Source: an uncultured bacterium | GTDB taxonomy: Bacteria > Patescibacteriota > Saccharimonadia > UBA4664 | DNA: 64,000 nt | Direction of reading: 5' to 3' | Assembly: GCA_963720265.1 (NCBI GenBank) | Contig: CAVRET010000001.1 | Coordinates: forward strand, 389,916 to 453,915 | Shown: one piece after another, positions 1-9,540 of the stretch | Layout of the letters: each line of letters starts with the position of its first letter | How positions within the stretch are numbered: the stretch's first letter is position 1 | Notes under the pieces: model-generated | Told to the model about the DNA's origin: nothing | The model's database searches: none | The model's input: the letters and a program-made list of their open reading frames with translations, nothing else | Position numbers and translations under genes: made by a program

Positions 1-354
1 TGTGGTAGATCGCCGCCGGCCAGCAATTTTACGCGCCGGTCAGCGTGTTTGATGAGGCCAAATTCGGCGAGTTCGACGGGGCCGACAGTCTGGCCGGCTT
101 TTAGGCGGCCCAAAGCGCTCAGGTTAACCACCTGGTATTCGACTCTGGCAATCGGCACAAAGCCGCGCTTTTTGGGAAGACGTTTGGCAAGTGGGTTTTG
201 GCCGCCCTCAAAGCCGGGTCGCACGCCACCGCCGGTCCTGGCATTTTGGCCTTTCGTACCACGGCCGGCTGTTTTGCCTTGGCCGGCACTAATGCCACGG
301 CCAATGCGCTTGGGCTTGCGGTGGGCTTGAATAGTGAGTTCGTGAATCTTCATG
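1..354 (-). CDS. rplO: 50S ribosomal protein L15, 3' end truncated by window edge
   Basis: Manual minus-strand translation from ATG at 352-354 gives MKIHELTIQAHRKPKRIGRGISAGQGKTAGRGTKGQNARTGGGVRPGFEGGQNP..., a canonical L15 N-terminus; no stop before position 1, so it is absent from the ORF track. Confidence 0.9.
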
Positions 355-362
355 GTACGTTC

Positions 363-875
363 CTATTTGGCCTTGGCCGTTTCCTTCTTCTGTGTACCCT
401 CGGTCTTACTGGATGATTTTTTGTTCGGGGCTGCCTTGAGGCGACTGAGAGCCAGAGCTGTGGCGTAGGCATTATTAACTTTATTGGTGCCACCAAGCGA
501 CTTGGTCAGGAGGTCATGGATGCCGGCTACTTCTACGACGTTGCGGACAGCGCCTCCGGCGATAACACCGGTACCGGGCGAAGCAGGCTTCAAGAGTACG
601 TGCGCGCCTGCAAATTTCACCTGGACTTCATGCGGAATCGTGTGCTCGGCGAGCGGAATGGTATTAACCCGCGCTTTGGCGCGCGACACGGCTTTGGCAA
701 TTGCGGTCATAACCTCGGAGCCCTTGCCGACGCCCACGCCTACTCGGCCTTTGCCGTCGCCCACCACCACTGTAGCGCGGAAGCGGAAGCGGCGTCCACC
801 CTTTACTACCCTGGCCACTCGGTCGATGGCAATAACTTTTTCTTCAAATTCTTTGGGTTGTGCTTCGATTGCCAT
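363..875 (-). CDS. rpsE: 30S ribosomal protein S5
   Basis: 170-aa ORF; [29 protein letters not shown] and [15 protein letters not shown] motifs; position in spc operon. Confidence 0.95.
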   Translation of the reverse strand: MAIEAQPKEFEEKVIAIDRVARVVKGGRRFRFRATVVVGDGKGRVGVGVGKGSEVMTAIAKAVSRAKARVNTIPLAEHTIPHEVQVKFAGAHVLLKPASPGTGVIAGGAVRNVVEVAGIHDLLTKSLGGTNKVNNAYATALALSRLKAAPNKKSSSKTEGTQKKETAKAK

Positions 876-877
876 GG

Positions 878-1237
878 TTAAAACTCCAGTCCACCTTTAC
901 GTGCGGCTCCGGCCAGTGCATGCAGCCGGCCGTGATAAATCCGTCCGCCTCGATCGAAGACCACTTGTTTGACTTTTTTAGCTTTGGCGGCGGCGGCAAT
1001 CTGCGTACCGATCCAGGCCGCGCGTTCGGTCATTGTGCCCTTGGCTTCCTTGTTGCCGACGGTTGAAACGGCAGCTAGAGTGCGGCCGGTTGTATCATCG
1101 ATAACTTGAGCTCGAATGTTGGTCAGACTAATGGTGACCGATAGCCGCGGGCGAGCAGATGTGCCAACCACACGGGAGCGAACCCGGGCGTGTCTGCGAT
1201 TGCGTTGTGCGGTAGTAGATAGTGTCATGATGATCAA
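878..1237 (-). CDS. rplR: 50S ribosomal protein L18
   Basis: 119-aa ORF; RHARVRSRV...[10 protein letters not shown] and [28 protein letters not shown] motifs. Confidence 0.93.
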   Translation of the reverse strand: MIIMTLSTTAQRNRRHARVRSRVVGTSARPRLSVTISLTNIRAQVIDDTTGRTLAAVSTVGNKEAKGTMTERAAWIGTQIAAAAKAKKVKQVVFDRGGRIYHGRLHALAGAARKGGLEF

Positions 1238-1773
1238 CCCTTGGTTGCGGTCTTACCGGCCTTGCGGCGGATCCGCTCTTCAACGTATTTGATGCCCTTG
1301 CCTTTGTACGGTTCCGGTTTCTTGAGAGCACGCAAGTTGGCGGCGGCTTGGCCTACGACTTGTTTGTCGTGACCAGTTAGCGTGATGATGTTACGTTCAA
1401 CTTTGGCCTCGACGCCTGGCGGCAGCTTAAAGGCGACCGGGTGCGAGAAGCCGAGGCTTAAGTTAATAGTATTGCCCGACACTGCGGCCCGGAAGCCAAC
1501 GCCGTTGATTTCAAGCTGGCGAGTAAATCCCTGCGAGGCTCCCACGACCATATTGTTGATCAGCGTGCGCATGAGTCCGAAAGTGGATTGCGTCTCCGGG
1601 AGTGACTCGTCCTTGGTCAGGCGCAGTACACTGTCCTCGATGTGCGCGGTAAGGCCTGGTAACAGGTCGACTTCGAGTGTGCCTTTTGGTCCGGTTACCT
1701 TGAGATGGCGGTCGGATAGTTCGGCCGTCACGCCGACAGGCAGGTTAATTGGTTGTCGTCCAATTCGACTCAT
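1234..1773 (-). CDS. rplF: 50S ribosomal protein L6
   Basis: 179-aa ORF starting [15 protein letters not shown]; two L6 repeats; 4-bp overlap with rplR. Confidence 0.95.
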   Translation of the reverse strand: MSRIGRQPINLPVGVTAELSDRHLKVTGPKGTLEVDLLPGLTAHIEDSVLRLTKDESLPETQSTFGLMRTLINNMVVGASQGFTRQLEINGVGFRAAVSGNTINLSLGFSHPVAFKLPPGVEAKVERNIITLTGHDKQVVGQAAANLRALKKPEPYKGKGIKYVEERIRRKAGKTATKG

Positions 1774-1774
1774 G

Positions 1775-2165
1775 TTACCACACCTTACAGATTAATTCAC
1801 CACCGAGGCCTTTTTTGCGCGCCTCGCGGCCGGTCATAATACCGCTTGAGGTGGACAAGATGACGATTCCGCGGCCGCCCAAAACCAGCGGAATATCCTT
1901 GACGCTGGTATAGACTCGGCGGCCTGGTTTGGATACACGCACCAGCTCAGTAATGACCTCAGGGTCGGTCGGCAGGCTGAGCTCGAGAGTTTTAAAGCCG
2001 GCCGAGCTAGTTTGCACTTTGACATCGGTTAAGAAGCCGGCGCCGGCCAAAATGCGTGCCACTTGCTCTTTTATGCTTCGAGTACGGCATTATCACTATT
2101 TCGTGACGGGCGGTGCGGCCGTTACGGATGCGGGTGAGTAAGTCTGCAATAGGATCGTTTACCAT
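1775..2165 (-). CDS. rpsH: 30S ribosomal protein S8; frame broken by an apparent 1-bp indel in an A4 run near 2058-2066
   Basis: Frame A (start 2163-2165) reads [32 protein letters not shown], then goes out of frame. Frame B (ORF 1775..2062) continues ...[16 protein letters not shown]...GELICKVW. Total 391 nt = 130 codons + 1. Confidence 0.8.
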
Positions 2166-2175
2166 CTTTGTCTCC

Positions 2176-2361
2176 TTACCAACTGGCCTTTGTTACGCCC
2201 GGAATCTGTCCACGCGAGGCAAACTCGCGGAAGCACACGCGGCAGAGGCCGAATTTGCGAATGTATGCGCGAGGACGGCCGCAGACTTTGCAGCGGTTGA
2301 CCTTGCGAGTCGAAAACTTTGGTTTACGCTCCGCTTTAACGATGAGAGCAGTTCTTGCCAT
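2176..2361 (-). CDS. rpsZ: 30S ribosomal protein S14 type Z (zinc-binding)
   Basis: 61 aa; [23 protein letters not shown] Cys4 motif. Confidence 0.93.
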   Translation of the reverse strand: MARTALIVKAERKPKFSTRKVNRCKVCGRPRAYIRKFGLCRVCFREFASRGQIPGVTKASW

Positions 2362-2906
2362 TATGCAGTCCTCCGGAAGGGAAAGCCCATTAATTCTAGC
2401 AGCCGCCGACCTTCGGCCGCGGTAGTTGCGGTTGTTACAATATTGATCTGAAGCCCGTGGCTGGCAGCGGTGCCGTCAAAGCCGATTTGCGGGAAAATGG
2501 TCTGATCCGTAATTCCCAAGCTGTAGTTGCCGTGCGGGTCGAAAGCGTTTGGGTTCAGGCCGCGGAAGTCGCGGATGCGCGGCAAGACAGCGGCTACGAG
2601 CAGGTCAAGAAACTCCTGGGCGCGCTGACCGCGGAGTGTGACCGTGGTGCCGATCTTATTACCTTCGCGCAGCTTGAACGAGGCAATGCTTTTGCGGGCA
2701 ACGGTGGTTACTGGGTGCTGCCCGGTAACGGCAGCCAAAGTTTCATCTGCGGCATCGAGGTGCTTGGCGTCGGCTACAGCCCTGCCAACACCGGCGCTGA
2801 CCACAACTTTGGTAATGCGCGGCACTTGGTGCGGATTGGTGTAGGCAAACTCTTTGGTGAGTGCCGGCACGGCCGTTTTCGTATATTTTTCTTGGAATCT
2901 GTTCAT
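2361..2906 (-). CDS. rplE: 50S ribosomal protein L5
   Basis: 181 aa; MNRFQEKY...[11 protein letters not shown]... typical L5. Confidence 0.95.
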   Translation of the reverse strand: MNRFQEKYTKTAVPALTKEFAYTNPHQVPRITKVVVSAGVGRAVADAKHLDAADETLAAVTGQHPVTTVARKSIASFKLREGNKIGTTVTLRGQRAQEFLDLLVAAVLPRIRDFRGLNPNAFDPHGNYSLGITDQTIFPQIGFDGTAASHGLQINIVTTATTAAEGRRLLELMGFPFRRTA

Positions 2907-3325
2907 GATTTGGTACCTGATTTGGACTTGGGAGTATCAGCTTTGTCGGTCTTGGGCTTCGACTGTTTGGTGGCTGGTTTAGCCTGCTTGTCGGTTTTCT
3001 TTACCTTGGCCGGTTTCGCCTCATGGTTTGGGCTCACCTTGTAGATGCGCTCTTTGGTGCCGTCGGGCTTGATGATATAGCCGATGCGGGCAGGTTTGCC
3101 CGTGGTCGGATCTAGAGCCATAACTTTCGAGGCGGGCATAGGCTTGGCAATCTCCAGGATACCTCCGCGCGGCTGCTTTTGTGACGGCTTAGTGTGGCGT
3201 TTAGCGATGTTGAGGTTTTCCACTACCACGCGACCCGTGGCCGGCAGTACTGCCACAACGGTACTAGTTTTACCCTTGTCTTTGCCCCGGATGACGATAA
3301 CTTTGTCTCCACGCTTGAGTTTCAT
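2903..3325 (-). CDS. rplX: 50S ribosomal protein L24 with Lys/Thr-rich C-terminal extension
   Basis: 140 aa; KOW-type N-terminus [19 protein letters not shown]; roughly 35-aa KPAKVKKTDKQAKPATKQSKPK tail. Confidence 0.93.
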   Translation of the reverse strand: MKLKRGDKVIVIRGKDKGKTSTVVAVLPATGRVVVENLNIAKRHTKPSQKQPRGGILEIAKPMPASKVMALDPTTGKPARIGYIIKPDGTKERIYKVSPNHEAKPAKVKKTDKQAKPATKQSKPKTDKADTPKSKSGTKS

Positions 3326-3693
3326 TACAGCACCTCCGGCGCGAGTGAGACGATTTTCATGTAGCCACCATCACGCAGCTCTCTGGCTACTGGCCCAAAG
3401 ATACGAGTGCCTCTGGGCTGGCCGTCTTTTTGGATTAGCACGGCGGCGTTGTCGTCAAAGCGGATGGAGCTGCCGTCCGGACGCTTGGTGTCTTTGGTGG
3501 TGCGGACGACGACCGCGCGCACAACCTCTTTTTTCTTAACACCCGCTCCGGGAAGCGCGGATTTAACACTGGCGGTGATGATATCTCCGACCCGCGCGTA
3601 GCGCCGCCGGCTGCCGCCGAGCACCTTAATGCACAAGAGTTCCTTGGCGCCGGAATTGTCGGCCACGTTTAATCTGGATTCAACCTGGATCAT
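3325..3693 (-). CDS. rplN: 50S ribosomal protein L14
   Basis: 122 aa; [17 protein letters not shown] motif. Confidence 0.96.
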   Translation of the reverse strand: MIQVESRLNVADNSGAKELLCIKVLGGSRRRYARVGDIITASVKSALPGAGVKKKEVVRAVVVRTTKDTKRPDGSSIRFDDNAAVLIQKDGQPRGTRIFGPVARELRDGGYMKIVSLAPEVL

Positions 3694-3694
3694 G

Positions 3695-3946
3695 CTACGC
3701 CTCCAGCTCCTTGGCGGTCACTTTTCTGGCCACAAGCCAGCGCTTGTCACGGCTTATGGGCCTGGTCTCGGTAATCTCCACGAAGTCGCCTTCGTGGCAA
3801 GCGTTGTCAGCATCGTGAGCTTTGAACTTGGTGGTGACTTTAAACTGTTTGCGGTAAATGGGGTGTTCTTTCACAGAATTCACAGCCACCACTACCGTTT
3901 TATCCATTTTGGCAGACACAACGGTGCCCTTTAGTGTGCGGGTCAT
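3695..3946 (-). CDS. rpsQ: 30S ribosomal protein S17
   Basis: 83 aa; [16 protein letters not shown]...[15 protein letters not shown]. Confidence 0.94.
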   Translation of the reverse strand: MTRTLKGTVVSAKMDKTVVVAVNSVKEHPIYRKQFKVTTKFKAHDADNACHEGDFVEITETRPISRDKRWLVARKVTAKELEA

Positions 3947-4152
3947 CGGGCGGCCTCCTGCTTGGCAATGGCGCGCTCGCGGGCGATAGTCAGGGCCCGG
4001 GCAATGGTTTTTTTGTGAGCGGTCAATGCTTTAACGTTATGCACTTCTTTGGTGCGGCTGTCGATGACAGCTGAAGCCAAAGCAGTGCGTTCAGATTTAA
4101 TCAATTCGGTCAGCTCCTGGTCAGATTTTTTGGCAATTTCAATGAGTTTCAC
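3943..4152 (-). CDS. rpmC: 50S ribosomal protein L29
   Basis: 69 aa helical Lys-rich protein between rplP and rpsQ; [13 protein letters not shown] motif. Confidence 0.9.
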   Translation of the reverse strand: MKLIEIAKKSDQELTELIKSERTALASAVIDSRTKEVHNVKALTAHKKTIARALTIARERAIAKQEAAR

Positions 4153-4577
4153 GACTGACTCTCCCCGGGGACTTCCCGGACCACAAAACGAGTTCGAACC
4201 GGCAGTTTGTGACCGGCCAGGCGCATGGCTTCCTTGGCTACGGCTTCGGTTACTCCGTCCATCTCAAACATAATCCGGCCGGCCGGTACTTTAGCGGCAT
4301 AGTGGTCGATTGAGCCCTTGCCTGAGCCCATGCGGACTTCAGCCGGTTTTTTGGTAATGGGCGTATCGGGGAAAATGCGAATCCAAATCTTGCCGCCGCG
4401 CTTGACATACCGTGTCATTGCACGCCGGGCGGCTTCGATTTGACGCGAGGTGATGCGCTCGGCAGTTTCAGCCTTTAACGCGTATTGGCCGAAGGCAATC
4501 TCCGTACCACGGGTTGTACGGCTGTGCAGGGTGCCCTTCATGGCCTTGCGGTATTTGGTTTTCTTCGGCATTAACAT
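4149..4577 (-). CDS. rplP: 50S ribosomal protein L16
   Basis: 142 aa; [11 protein letters not shown]...[14 protein letters not shown]. Confidence 0.96.
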   Translation of the reverse strand: MLMPKKTKYRKAMKGTLHSRTTRGTEIAFGQYALKAETAERITSRQIEAARRAMTRYVKRGGKIWIRIFPDTPITKKPAEVRMGSGKGSIDHYAAKVPAGRIMFEMDGVTEAVAKEAMRLAGHKLPVRTRFVVREVPGESQS

Positions 4578-5215
4578 TATTTCTTCTCCTCGAACTTGGT
4601 ACCCTTGTAGACCCAGACTTTAACGCCAATGACGCCGTAAGTGGTCTTGGCCAAGGCGTGGGAGAAGTCGATGTCGGCCCGGAGGGTGTGCAGCGGAATC
4701 GAGCCTTGCGCAACGCGCTCGCGGCGGGCCATTTCAGCTCCATTGAGACGACCGGCGATGGCAACCTTGGCGCCTTGCGCGCCGGCTTTCATGGCATTTT
4801 CGACTGCCATCTTCATGGCCCTGCGGAAGCTGATGCGGCGCTCAAGCTGGCTTGCTACGTTTTCGGCTACGAGTGTGGCATTGAGTTCGGGTTTCTTAAC
4901 TTCTTCAATTGAAACCTTGAGCCCGGTGCCGGCAATTTTTGACAGCATGGCCTTTAGCTCCTCGGCACCCGAACCGCCGCGGCCGATAACTACACCCGGC
5001 TTGGAAGTGTGGATCGTCACCACGGTTTGGCCGGGTGAGCGCTCAATATCGACCCGTGCGACGCCGGCGCGTTTGGCCAGCTTGCGCTCAATTGCGCGTC
5101 GCATTTTGAGGTCGGCAATCAGGAAGGTGGCATAGTCGCGGTCGGCGTACCAGCGCGACTGCCAATCGTGGTCAACTTGGAGACGCATGCTTCTAGGATT
5201 TACTTTTTGTCCCAT
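4577..5215 (-). CDS. rpsC: 30S ribosomal protein S3
   Basis: 212 aa; [12 protein letters not shown]...KH domain...[10 protein letters not shown]. Confidence 0.96.
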   Translation of the reverse strand: MGQKVNPRSMRLQVDHDWQSRWYADRDYATFLIADLKMRRAIERKLAKRAGVARVDIERSPGQTVVTIHTSKPGVVIGRGGSGAEELKAMLSKIAGTGLKVSIEEVKKPELNATLVAENVASQLERRISFRRAMKMAVENAMKAGAQGAKVAIAGRLNGAEMARRERVAQGSIPLHTLRADIDFSHALAKTTYGVIGVKVWVYKGTKFEEKK

Positions 5216-5601
5216 TAGTTGGCCTCCTTTGCCGGTTCGTTGGTGGTTTTCTGAGTTACCGGGGTCGGCTTTTGATCAGTTACGATAACCGTAATATGGC
5301 TTGAGCGCTTTTTGATCGAGCTGGAACTGCCTTTGGCGCGGGGGCGGCCGCGTTTGAGCGTAGGCCCGGGACCAATTAGGACCTGTTCAATGACTAAATC
5401 CGAGACCTTGGCCTTCAGATTGTTTTCGGCGTTCGCAACCGCGGAGTTGAGAACTTTACCAACAGGAACCGCGGCCCGCTTGGGCGTATTGGCCAGCATG
5501 TCCTGCGCGTCGATCACCCGGCGGCCGCGAATGAGCGCTGCCACGAGGCCGGTCTTTCTGGCTGATGTGCCAACGAATTTCGCCGTAGCCTTAGTTCTCA
5601 T
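5215..5601 (-). CDS. rplV: 50S ribosomal protein L22 with C-terminal extension
   Basis: 128 aa; VGTSARKTGLVAALIRGRRV...; Ser/Thr/Lys-rich tail. Confidence 0.93.
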   Translation of the reverse strand: MRTKATAKFVGTSARKTGLVAALIRGRRVIDAQDMLANTPKRAAVPVGKVLNSAVANAENNLKAKVSDLVIEQVLIGPGPTLKRGRPRAKGSSSSIKKRSSHITVIVTDQKPTPVTQKTTNEPAKEAN

Positions 5602-5876
5602 TATTTTTGCCCCTTTGCGAGCTTGCCGCCATGGCCGCGGAATTTACGCGTGGGTGAGAATTCACCAAGCTTGTGGCCGACCATGTTTTCAGATACAAAT
5701 ACCGGAACGTGCAGGCGGCCGTTGTGGACGGCAATGGTGTGGCCCACCATTTCAGGTGCAATAGCGGAGCTACGCGCCCAGGTTTTGAGCACGGACTTAT
5801 CGCCGGCCGGCAGCGCGGTAATGTGCTTAAGTAGGCGCTCGTCGACGTACGGGCCTTTTTTGAGTGAGCGACTCAT
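5601..5876 (-). CDS. rpsS: 30S ribosomal protein S19
   Basis: 91 aa; [18 protein letters not shown]...HNGRLHVPV. Confidence 0.96.
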   Translation of the reverse strand: MSRSLKKGPYVDERLLKHITALPAGDKSVLKTWARSSAIAPEMVGHTIAVHNGRLHVPVFVSENMVGHKLGEFSPTRKFRGHGGKLAKGQK

Positions 5877-6728
5877 CTAGCGTCTCCTTCCTTTTCCGCG
5901 GCCGCGGATGATCATGGCATCAGTGGATTTGCGGCGACGGGTTTTGAGGCCGAGCGCCGGCTTGCCCCACGGGGTCTTTTGACCGTAACGATAAATGGCC
6001 GTGGGCTGAGCACCTTCACCACCGCCATGCGGGTGGTCTACCGGGTTCATGGCCTTACCGCGAACTTGCGGGCGCCAACCAAGGCGGCGGCGGCGGCCGG
6101 CTGAGCCGTATTTAATGTTTTGATGCTGTTCATTGCCAACTGTGCCAATGGTGGCCTGGCAATTCTCGTTAATCAGGCGGACTTCACCGGATGGCAGTCG
6201 CACCTGTACAAACCCGGCCTTGGGTGATTCTTTTGATACGAGAGAGGCCTTGGTGCCTGCGCTTCTTGCGATTTGGCCGCCGCGCCCAAGCACGAGCTCA
6301 ATATTATAGATCTGCGTGCCGGCCGGCATATCTTTGAGGGCAAGACGGTGGCCGGCGCGAATGGCGGCGTCTTCACCTGAAGCCAGCTGATCACCGACCT
6401 TCATACCTGATCCGGCTAGAATGTACGCCGGCTTGCCGGAATCTAAGCGAACGAGCGCGATGTTAGCCGAGCGGTTTGGGTCATACTCGATGGCCTCGAC
6501 TACGGCCGACGTAATATTCTTGAAGTCGAAGTCGACGAGGCGGTAGAAGCGCTTGACCGTGCCGCCGCGATGACGAATGGTGATTTTGCCCTGATTGTTG
6601 CGGCCGGCATTGGATTTCTTGGATACAATTAATGAACGTGTTGGCTTGCGCTTGGTAATCGCCGAAGTGTCGGCGGATGTCATACCGCGGCGACCGGGCG
6701 TGGTTGGTTTGTAGAGTTTTATTGCCAT
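5877..6728 (-). CDS. rplB: 50S ribosomal protein L2
   Basis: 283 aa; MAIKLYKPTTPGRR...; GGGEG motif. Confidence 0.96.
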   Translation of the reverse strand: MAIKLYKPTTPGRRGMTSADTSAITKRKPTRSLIVSKKSNAGRNNQGKITIRHRGGTVKRFYRLVDFDFKNITSAVVEAIEYDPNRSANIALVRLDSGKPAYILAGSGMKVGDQLASGEDAAIRAGHRLALKDMPAGTQIYNIELVLGRGGQIARSAGTKASLVSKESPKAGFVQVRLPSGEVRLINENCQATIGTVGNEQHQNIKYGSAGRRRRLGWRPQVRGKAMNPVDHPHGGGEGAQPTAIYRYGQKTPWGKPALGLKTRRRKSTDAMIIRGRGKGRRR

Positions 6729-7006
6729 TATTTTGCTACCTCAAACAGCGTGATTTTTTGGCCGCGCTTAACGGTAACGATGGCTTTCTTAACGTCCTTT
6801 TGGCGGCCATGGATCTGGCGAAAGCGCTTTAATTTGCCTTTTACCACCACTATGTTGACCGCTGTTACATTAACCTTGAAGGCTGATTCAACAGCGCGGG
6901 CGACTTCAATTTTGTTGGAAGAGATGGGAACTTCAAAAATGTAGGTTCCGCGTTCGGCCAGGGTGATGGCTTTTTCGCTAATTTTCGGGGTCAACATTAC
7001 GCTCAT
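6728..7006 (-). CDS. rplW: 50S ribosomal protein L23
   Basis: 92 aa; position between rplD and rplB; KISEKAI...FEV motif. Confidence 0.92.
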   Translation of the reverse strand: MSVMLTPKISEKAITLAERGTYIFEVPISSNKIEVARAVESAFKVNVTAVNIVVVKGKLKRFRQIHGRQKDVKKAIVTVKRGQKITLFEVAK

Positions 7007-7653
7007 GCCTTGCCTCCAGTGGACTCGCCGAGCCAGCCCATGACAATTTCGAGAGCCGGTTGCGTGAGTACCAGTTTGTCGGTGTTCATGATGTCGTAAA
7101 CGTTTAGGTACTTGGCTGTCACAACCTGCAGGCCCTGGAGGTTACGCGTGGCACGACCGAGCATGTCGGTACGAGCGCCCACGGCCAGCAGTACACTGCC
7201 TTCGAGTTTCATTTTGGTTAGTAATTCGACAGCTTGCTTAACCTTGCCGTCGGGACAGTTAAAATCTTCAATTACAACGATGTCGCCGGCAGCGGCGCGC
7301 AGGCTCAGCGCCTGGCGAATCGCCAACCGCTTGGCGCGAACCGGCATAGACAAGGTGGGGTTCTCGGCGCCGGTTGGTCCAAACACAACGCCGCCGCCGC
7401 GCCAGTGCGGTACCCGAATTGAGCCGACACGGGCACGGCCGGTGCCTTTTTGCCGCCACGGTTTTTTGCCGCCGCCTGCCACTTCACCACGCTTGAGCGT
7501 AGTGGGATGAGCCGTACGGCCGTTGGCCAAGTAAGTACGGTAGGCTTGCCCAACGAGTTCGTGATTTGGCTTGAGACCAAAAACAGCTTCATTAAGTTTA
7601 ACGGCAGCTTCGCGTCGGGTGCCAGTCTTGGAGTAGGAGACGGCGTTTGCCAC
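7003..7653 (-). CDS. rplD: 50S ribosomal protein L4
   Basis: 216 aa; KPWRQKGTGRARVGSIRVPHWRGGGVVFGP motif. Confidence 0.95.
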   Translation of the reverse strand: MANAVSYSKTGTRREAAVKLNEAVFGLKPNHELVGQAYRTYLANGRTAHPTTLKRGEVAGGGKKPWRQKGTGRARVGSIRVPHWRGGGVVFGPTGAENPTLSMPVRAKRLAIRQALSLRAAAGDIVVIEDFNCPDGKVKQAVELLTKMKLEGSVLLAVGARTDMLGRATRNLQGLQVVTAKYLNVYDIMNTDKLVLTQPALEIVMGWLGESTGGKA

Positions 7654-8264
7654 TATGCTGCCCTCACAATAACGAGCCCGCGCTTGGGGCCGGGAATGGC
7701 GCCGGAGATCGCGAGTACGTTTGATTTTTCGTCAATGGTAAATACTTTGAGTCCTTTTACGGTAACTCGATCGTGACCCATGTGGCCGGCCATGTGCATG
7801 CCCCTAAAGACGTGCTCGGGGTAGCCGGAGCCGATTGAACCCGGGCCGCGGTAGTTATGCGAGCCGTGGGTTTTGGGTCCGCGGGAGAAGTTGTGGCGCT
7901 TAATTGTGCCGGCGAAGCCCTTACCCTTGGACGTGCCGGTGACCTGAACGGCATCGCCGGTCTCAAACGTGCTTACGGTCAGCTTGTCGCCGACTTTGGG
8001 CGTATCTTCGGATACTTCAGTCATACGGATTTCACGTAGCATTTTAGCCTCGGTTCCGGCAGCCTTAAGGTGCCCGACCTGTGGTTTGGCTAGATTTTTA
8101 GCCTTGCCATAGCCGAGCTGAACGGCGGCATAGCCGTCGCGCTCAATGGTTTTGACCTGCGCAACAATGCACGGACCCGCCTGCACAAGCGTCACCCGTT
8201 GAGCGTTGCCGGCTTCGTCGAATAATTGTGTCATTCCAAGTTTTGTACCGAGCAGGGCCTTCAA
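7653..8264 (-). CDS. rplC: 50S ribosomal protein L3 (probable TTG start)
   Basis: 203 aa; KALLGTKLGMTQLFDE...FSRGPKTHGSHNYRGPGSIG. Confidence 0.95.
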   Translation of the reverse strand: MKALLGTKLGMTQLFDEAGNAQRVTLVQAGPCIVAQVKTIERDGYAAVQLGYGKAKNLAKPQVGHLKAAGTEAKMLREIRMTEVSEDTPKVGDKLTVSTFETGDAVQVTGTSKGKGFAGTIKRHNFSRGPKTHGSHNYRGPGSIGSGYPEHVFRGMHMAGHMGHDRVTVKGLKVFTIDEKSNVLAISGAIPGPKRGLVIVRAA

Positions 8265-8401
8265 GACAATAGTTACCTTAGGTTTACATAAATAATTTCT
8301 AGGCTGTGGTGGTATCCAATCAGACTAATATATCTGAGCTGGACCTGCCACTTCCTAGCGAGTGCCGCCGTGGACTGGGCCGGGCGGCGAGGTACCAGAT
8401 G

Positions 8402-8486
8402 AGTATAGGATATCTGAGGCGTAATTGTCAACCTTGTTTGCAGCTGGGTTATTAAGCTTGACAATTACGCTTATGTATGCTAATAT
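8402..8486. promoter_or_regulatory. Palindrome carrying back-to-back sigma70-like promoters: one for rplC (minus) and one for the small plus-strand gene
   Basis: Perfect 12-bp inverted repeat CGTAATTGTCAA (8420-8431) / TTGACAATTACG (8458-8469); each arm contains TTGACA. Plus strand: TTGACA 8458-8463, 17 nt, TAATAT 8481-8486. Minus strand: TTGACA (plus 8426-8431), 18 nt, TATACT (plus 8402-8407). Confidence 0.5.
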
Positions 8487-8515
8487 AATGTTTGTTTAAA
8501 CGAGAATGTACCAAC

Positions 8516-8695
8516 ATGCGTAGTTTTGCAGCTCGTCTTATCTGGTTACTCGCGATCGATGTGGCGCTGACCATTGGGTATACTTATACTCCGGCCAACT
8601 TCACGCTGCTGCGCGACGTACTGGACGGCGTGATCCTGATCACCATGGCTACTACTATGCTGATCACGTTTCGCCGCGTACTCGAAGACTATTAA
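8516..8695 (+). CDS. small hydrophobic protein (two predicted TM helices), hypothetical
   Basis: ORF 8492..8695; ATG at 8516 preferred; lies downstream of the plus-strand promoter; LIWLLAIDVALTIGY hydrophobic segments. Confidence 0.35.
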   Translation: MRSFAARLIWLLAIDVALTIGYTYTPANFTLLRDVLDGVILITMATTMLITFRRVLEDY

Positions 8696-8716
8696 ATAAA
8701 CAGATTTTACCTGTAT

Positions 8717-8749
8717 AAAAACTGCTTGGCTTCGGCCCGGCAGTTTTTA
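8717..8749. terminator. bidirectional rho-independent terminator between convergent genes
   Basis: aaaa ACTGCTTGGC ttcg GCCCGGCAGT ttttatt; imperfect 10-bp stem with A-tract upstream and T-tract downstream. Confidence 0.5.
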
Positions 8750-9022
8750 TTATGTCCAGAACGAGATGAAAAAGCCGGCAACGGCCAGGTTCAATAGGGC
8801 TGCCACAAGTAGAATGGCGTACTCAATTTTGCGGTCGATAACAAAGCGGTCGTGCATTGCCAACAAGACGCCGAGTAGTAGACCGATTGGCAGGACGACG
8901 ACGCCGTTTACCTTGATCCACAGTGTGCCAATGACGAAGTAGAGCAGGATTTTAAGAAAGTAAAAGTCGTCGCTTTCGCGCGGACTGGTCTTTTTCTTAT
9001 TTTTTACAGCTGCTTTTGCCAT
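8750..9022 (-). CDS. small membrane protein, hypothetical
   Basis: ORF 8750..9256; likely start MAKAAVKNKKK at 9022; two hydrophobic helices; the upstream part of the ORF looks like GC-rich read-through. Confidence 0.4.
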   Translation of the reverse strand: MAKAAVKNKKKTSPRESDDFYFLKILLYFVIGTLWIKVNGVVVLPIGLLLGVLLAMHDRFVIDRKIEYAILLVAALLNLAVAGFFISFWT

Positions 9023-9540
9023 GCGCTTATTAAAGCATAAGAAATATAACAGCGCCAGTAACTTTTGTCTGGTTGGGACCCGGCGGCCGCGAGGCAACCG
9101 GATCCCAACGCCCCCGACAGGGGAAGCGGCGGCCATTGTGGCCGGCTTCAGTGGTGTGACCGAGACTGGTAACGATGCTTGAATCGCCGTGTGTATCGGA
9201 CCAGAATTACGAGCGACGATGTCGTCATGGCCGCAGCAACACTGCAGACAATCCAAAACGGTGGATTGGGATAGTCGGTGCGGGTGCTACTGGCGACAGC
9301 CATGCTATTGCCGGCTTCACGCTGGGCTTGTAGCCGCTAGCTGCCTCTCGGCATGTTGCTACCGAATTCGTTGCCCATGGCCTTGTCAAGAGCCGTCAGA
9401 CCGAGCACTGTGACGACGACTCCCGCCACAACAACCCAGGTTACCCTGGACCTCAGTACGCGTTCCATCCGGAACTTCCCTTCACCTCGGGCGTCTCGTG
9501 TTACCGAGCGCCAACTGTGCGGACGTTATTACTATAACGC

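Noticed and set aside
484-7510. Numerous plus-strand ORFs of 60-200 aa overlapping the minus-strand ribosomal protein genes (for example 484..972, 4641..5135, 5312..5764, 7112..7510)
   Set aside because: They lie entirely antisense to strongly conserved ribosomal protein genes. They are Arg/Ala/Pro-rich, as expected for out-of-frame translation of GC-rich DNA, and have no motifs.
8273-8464. 63-aa minus-strand ORF across the rplC upstream palindrome
   Set aside because: It spans the promoter/inverted-repeat region and has no coding features.
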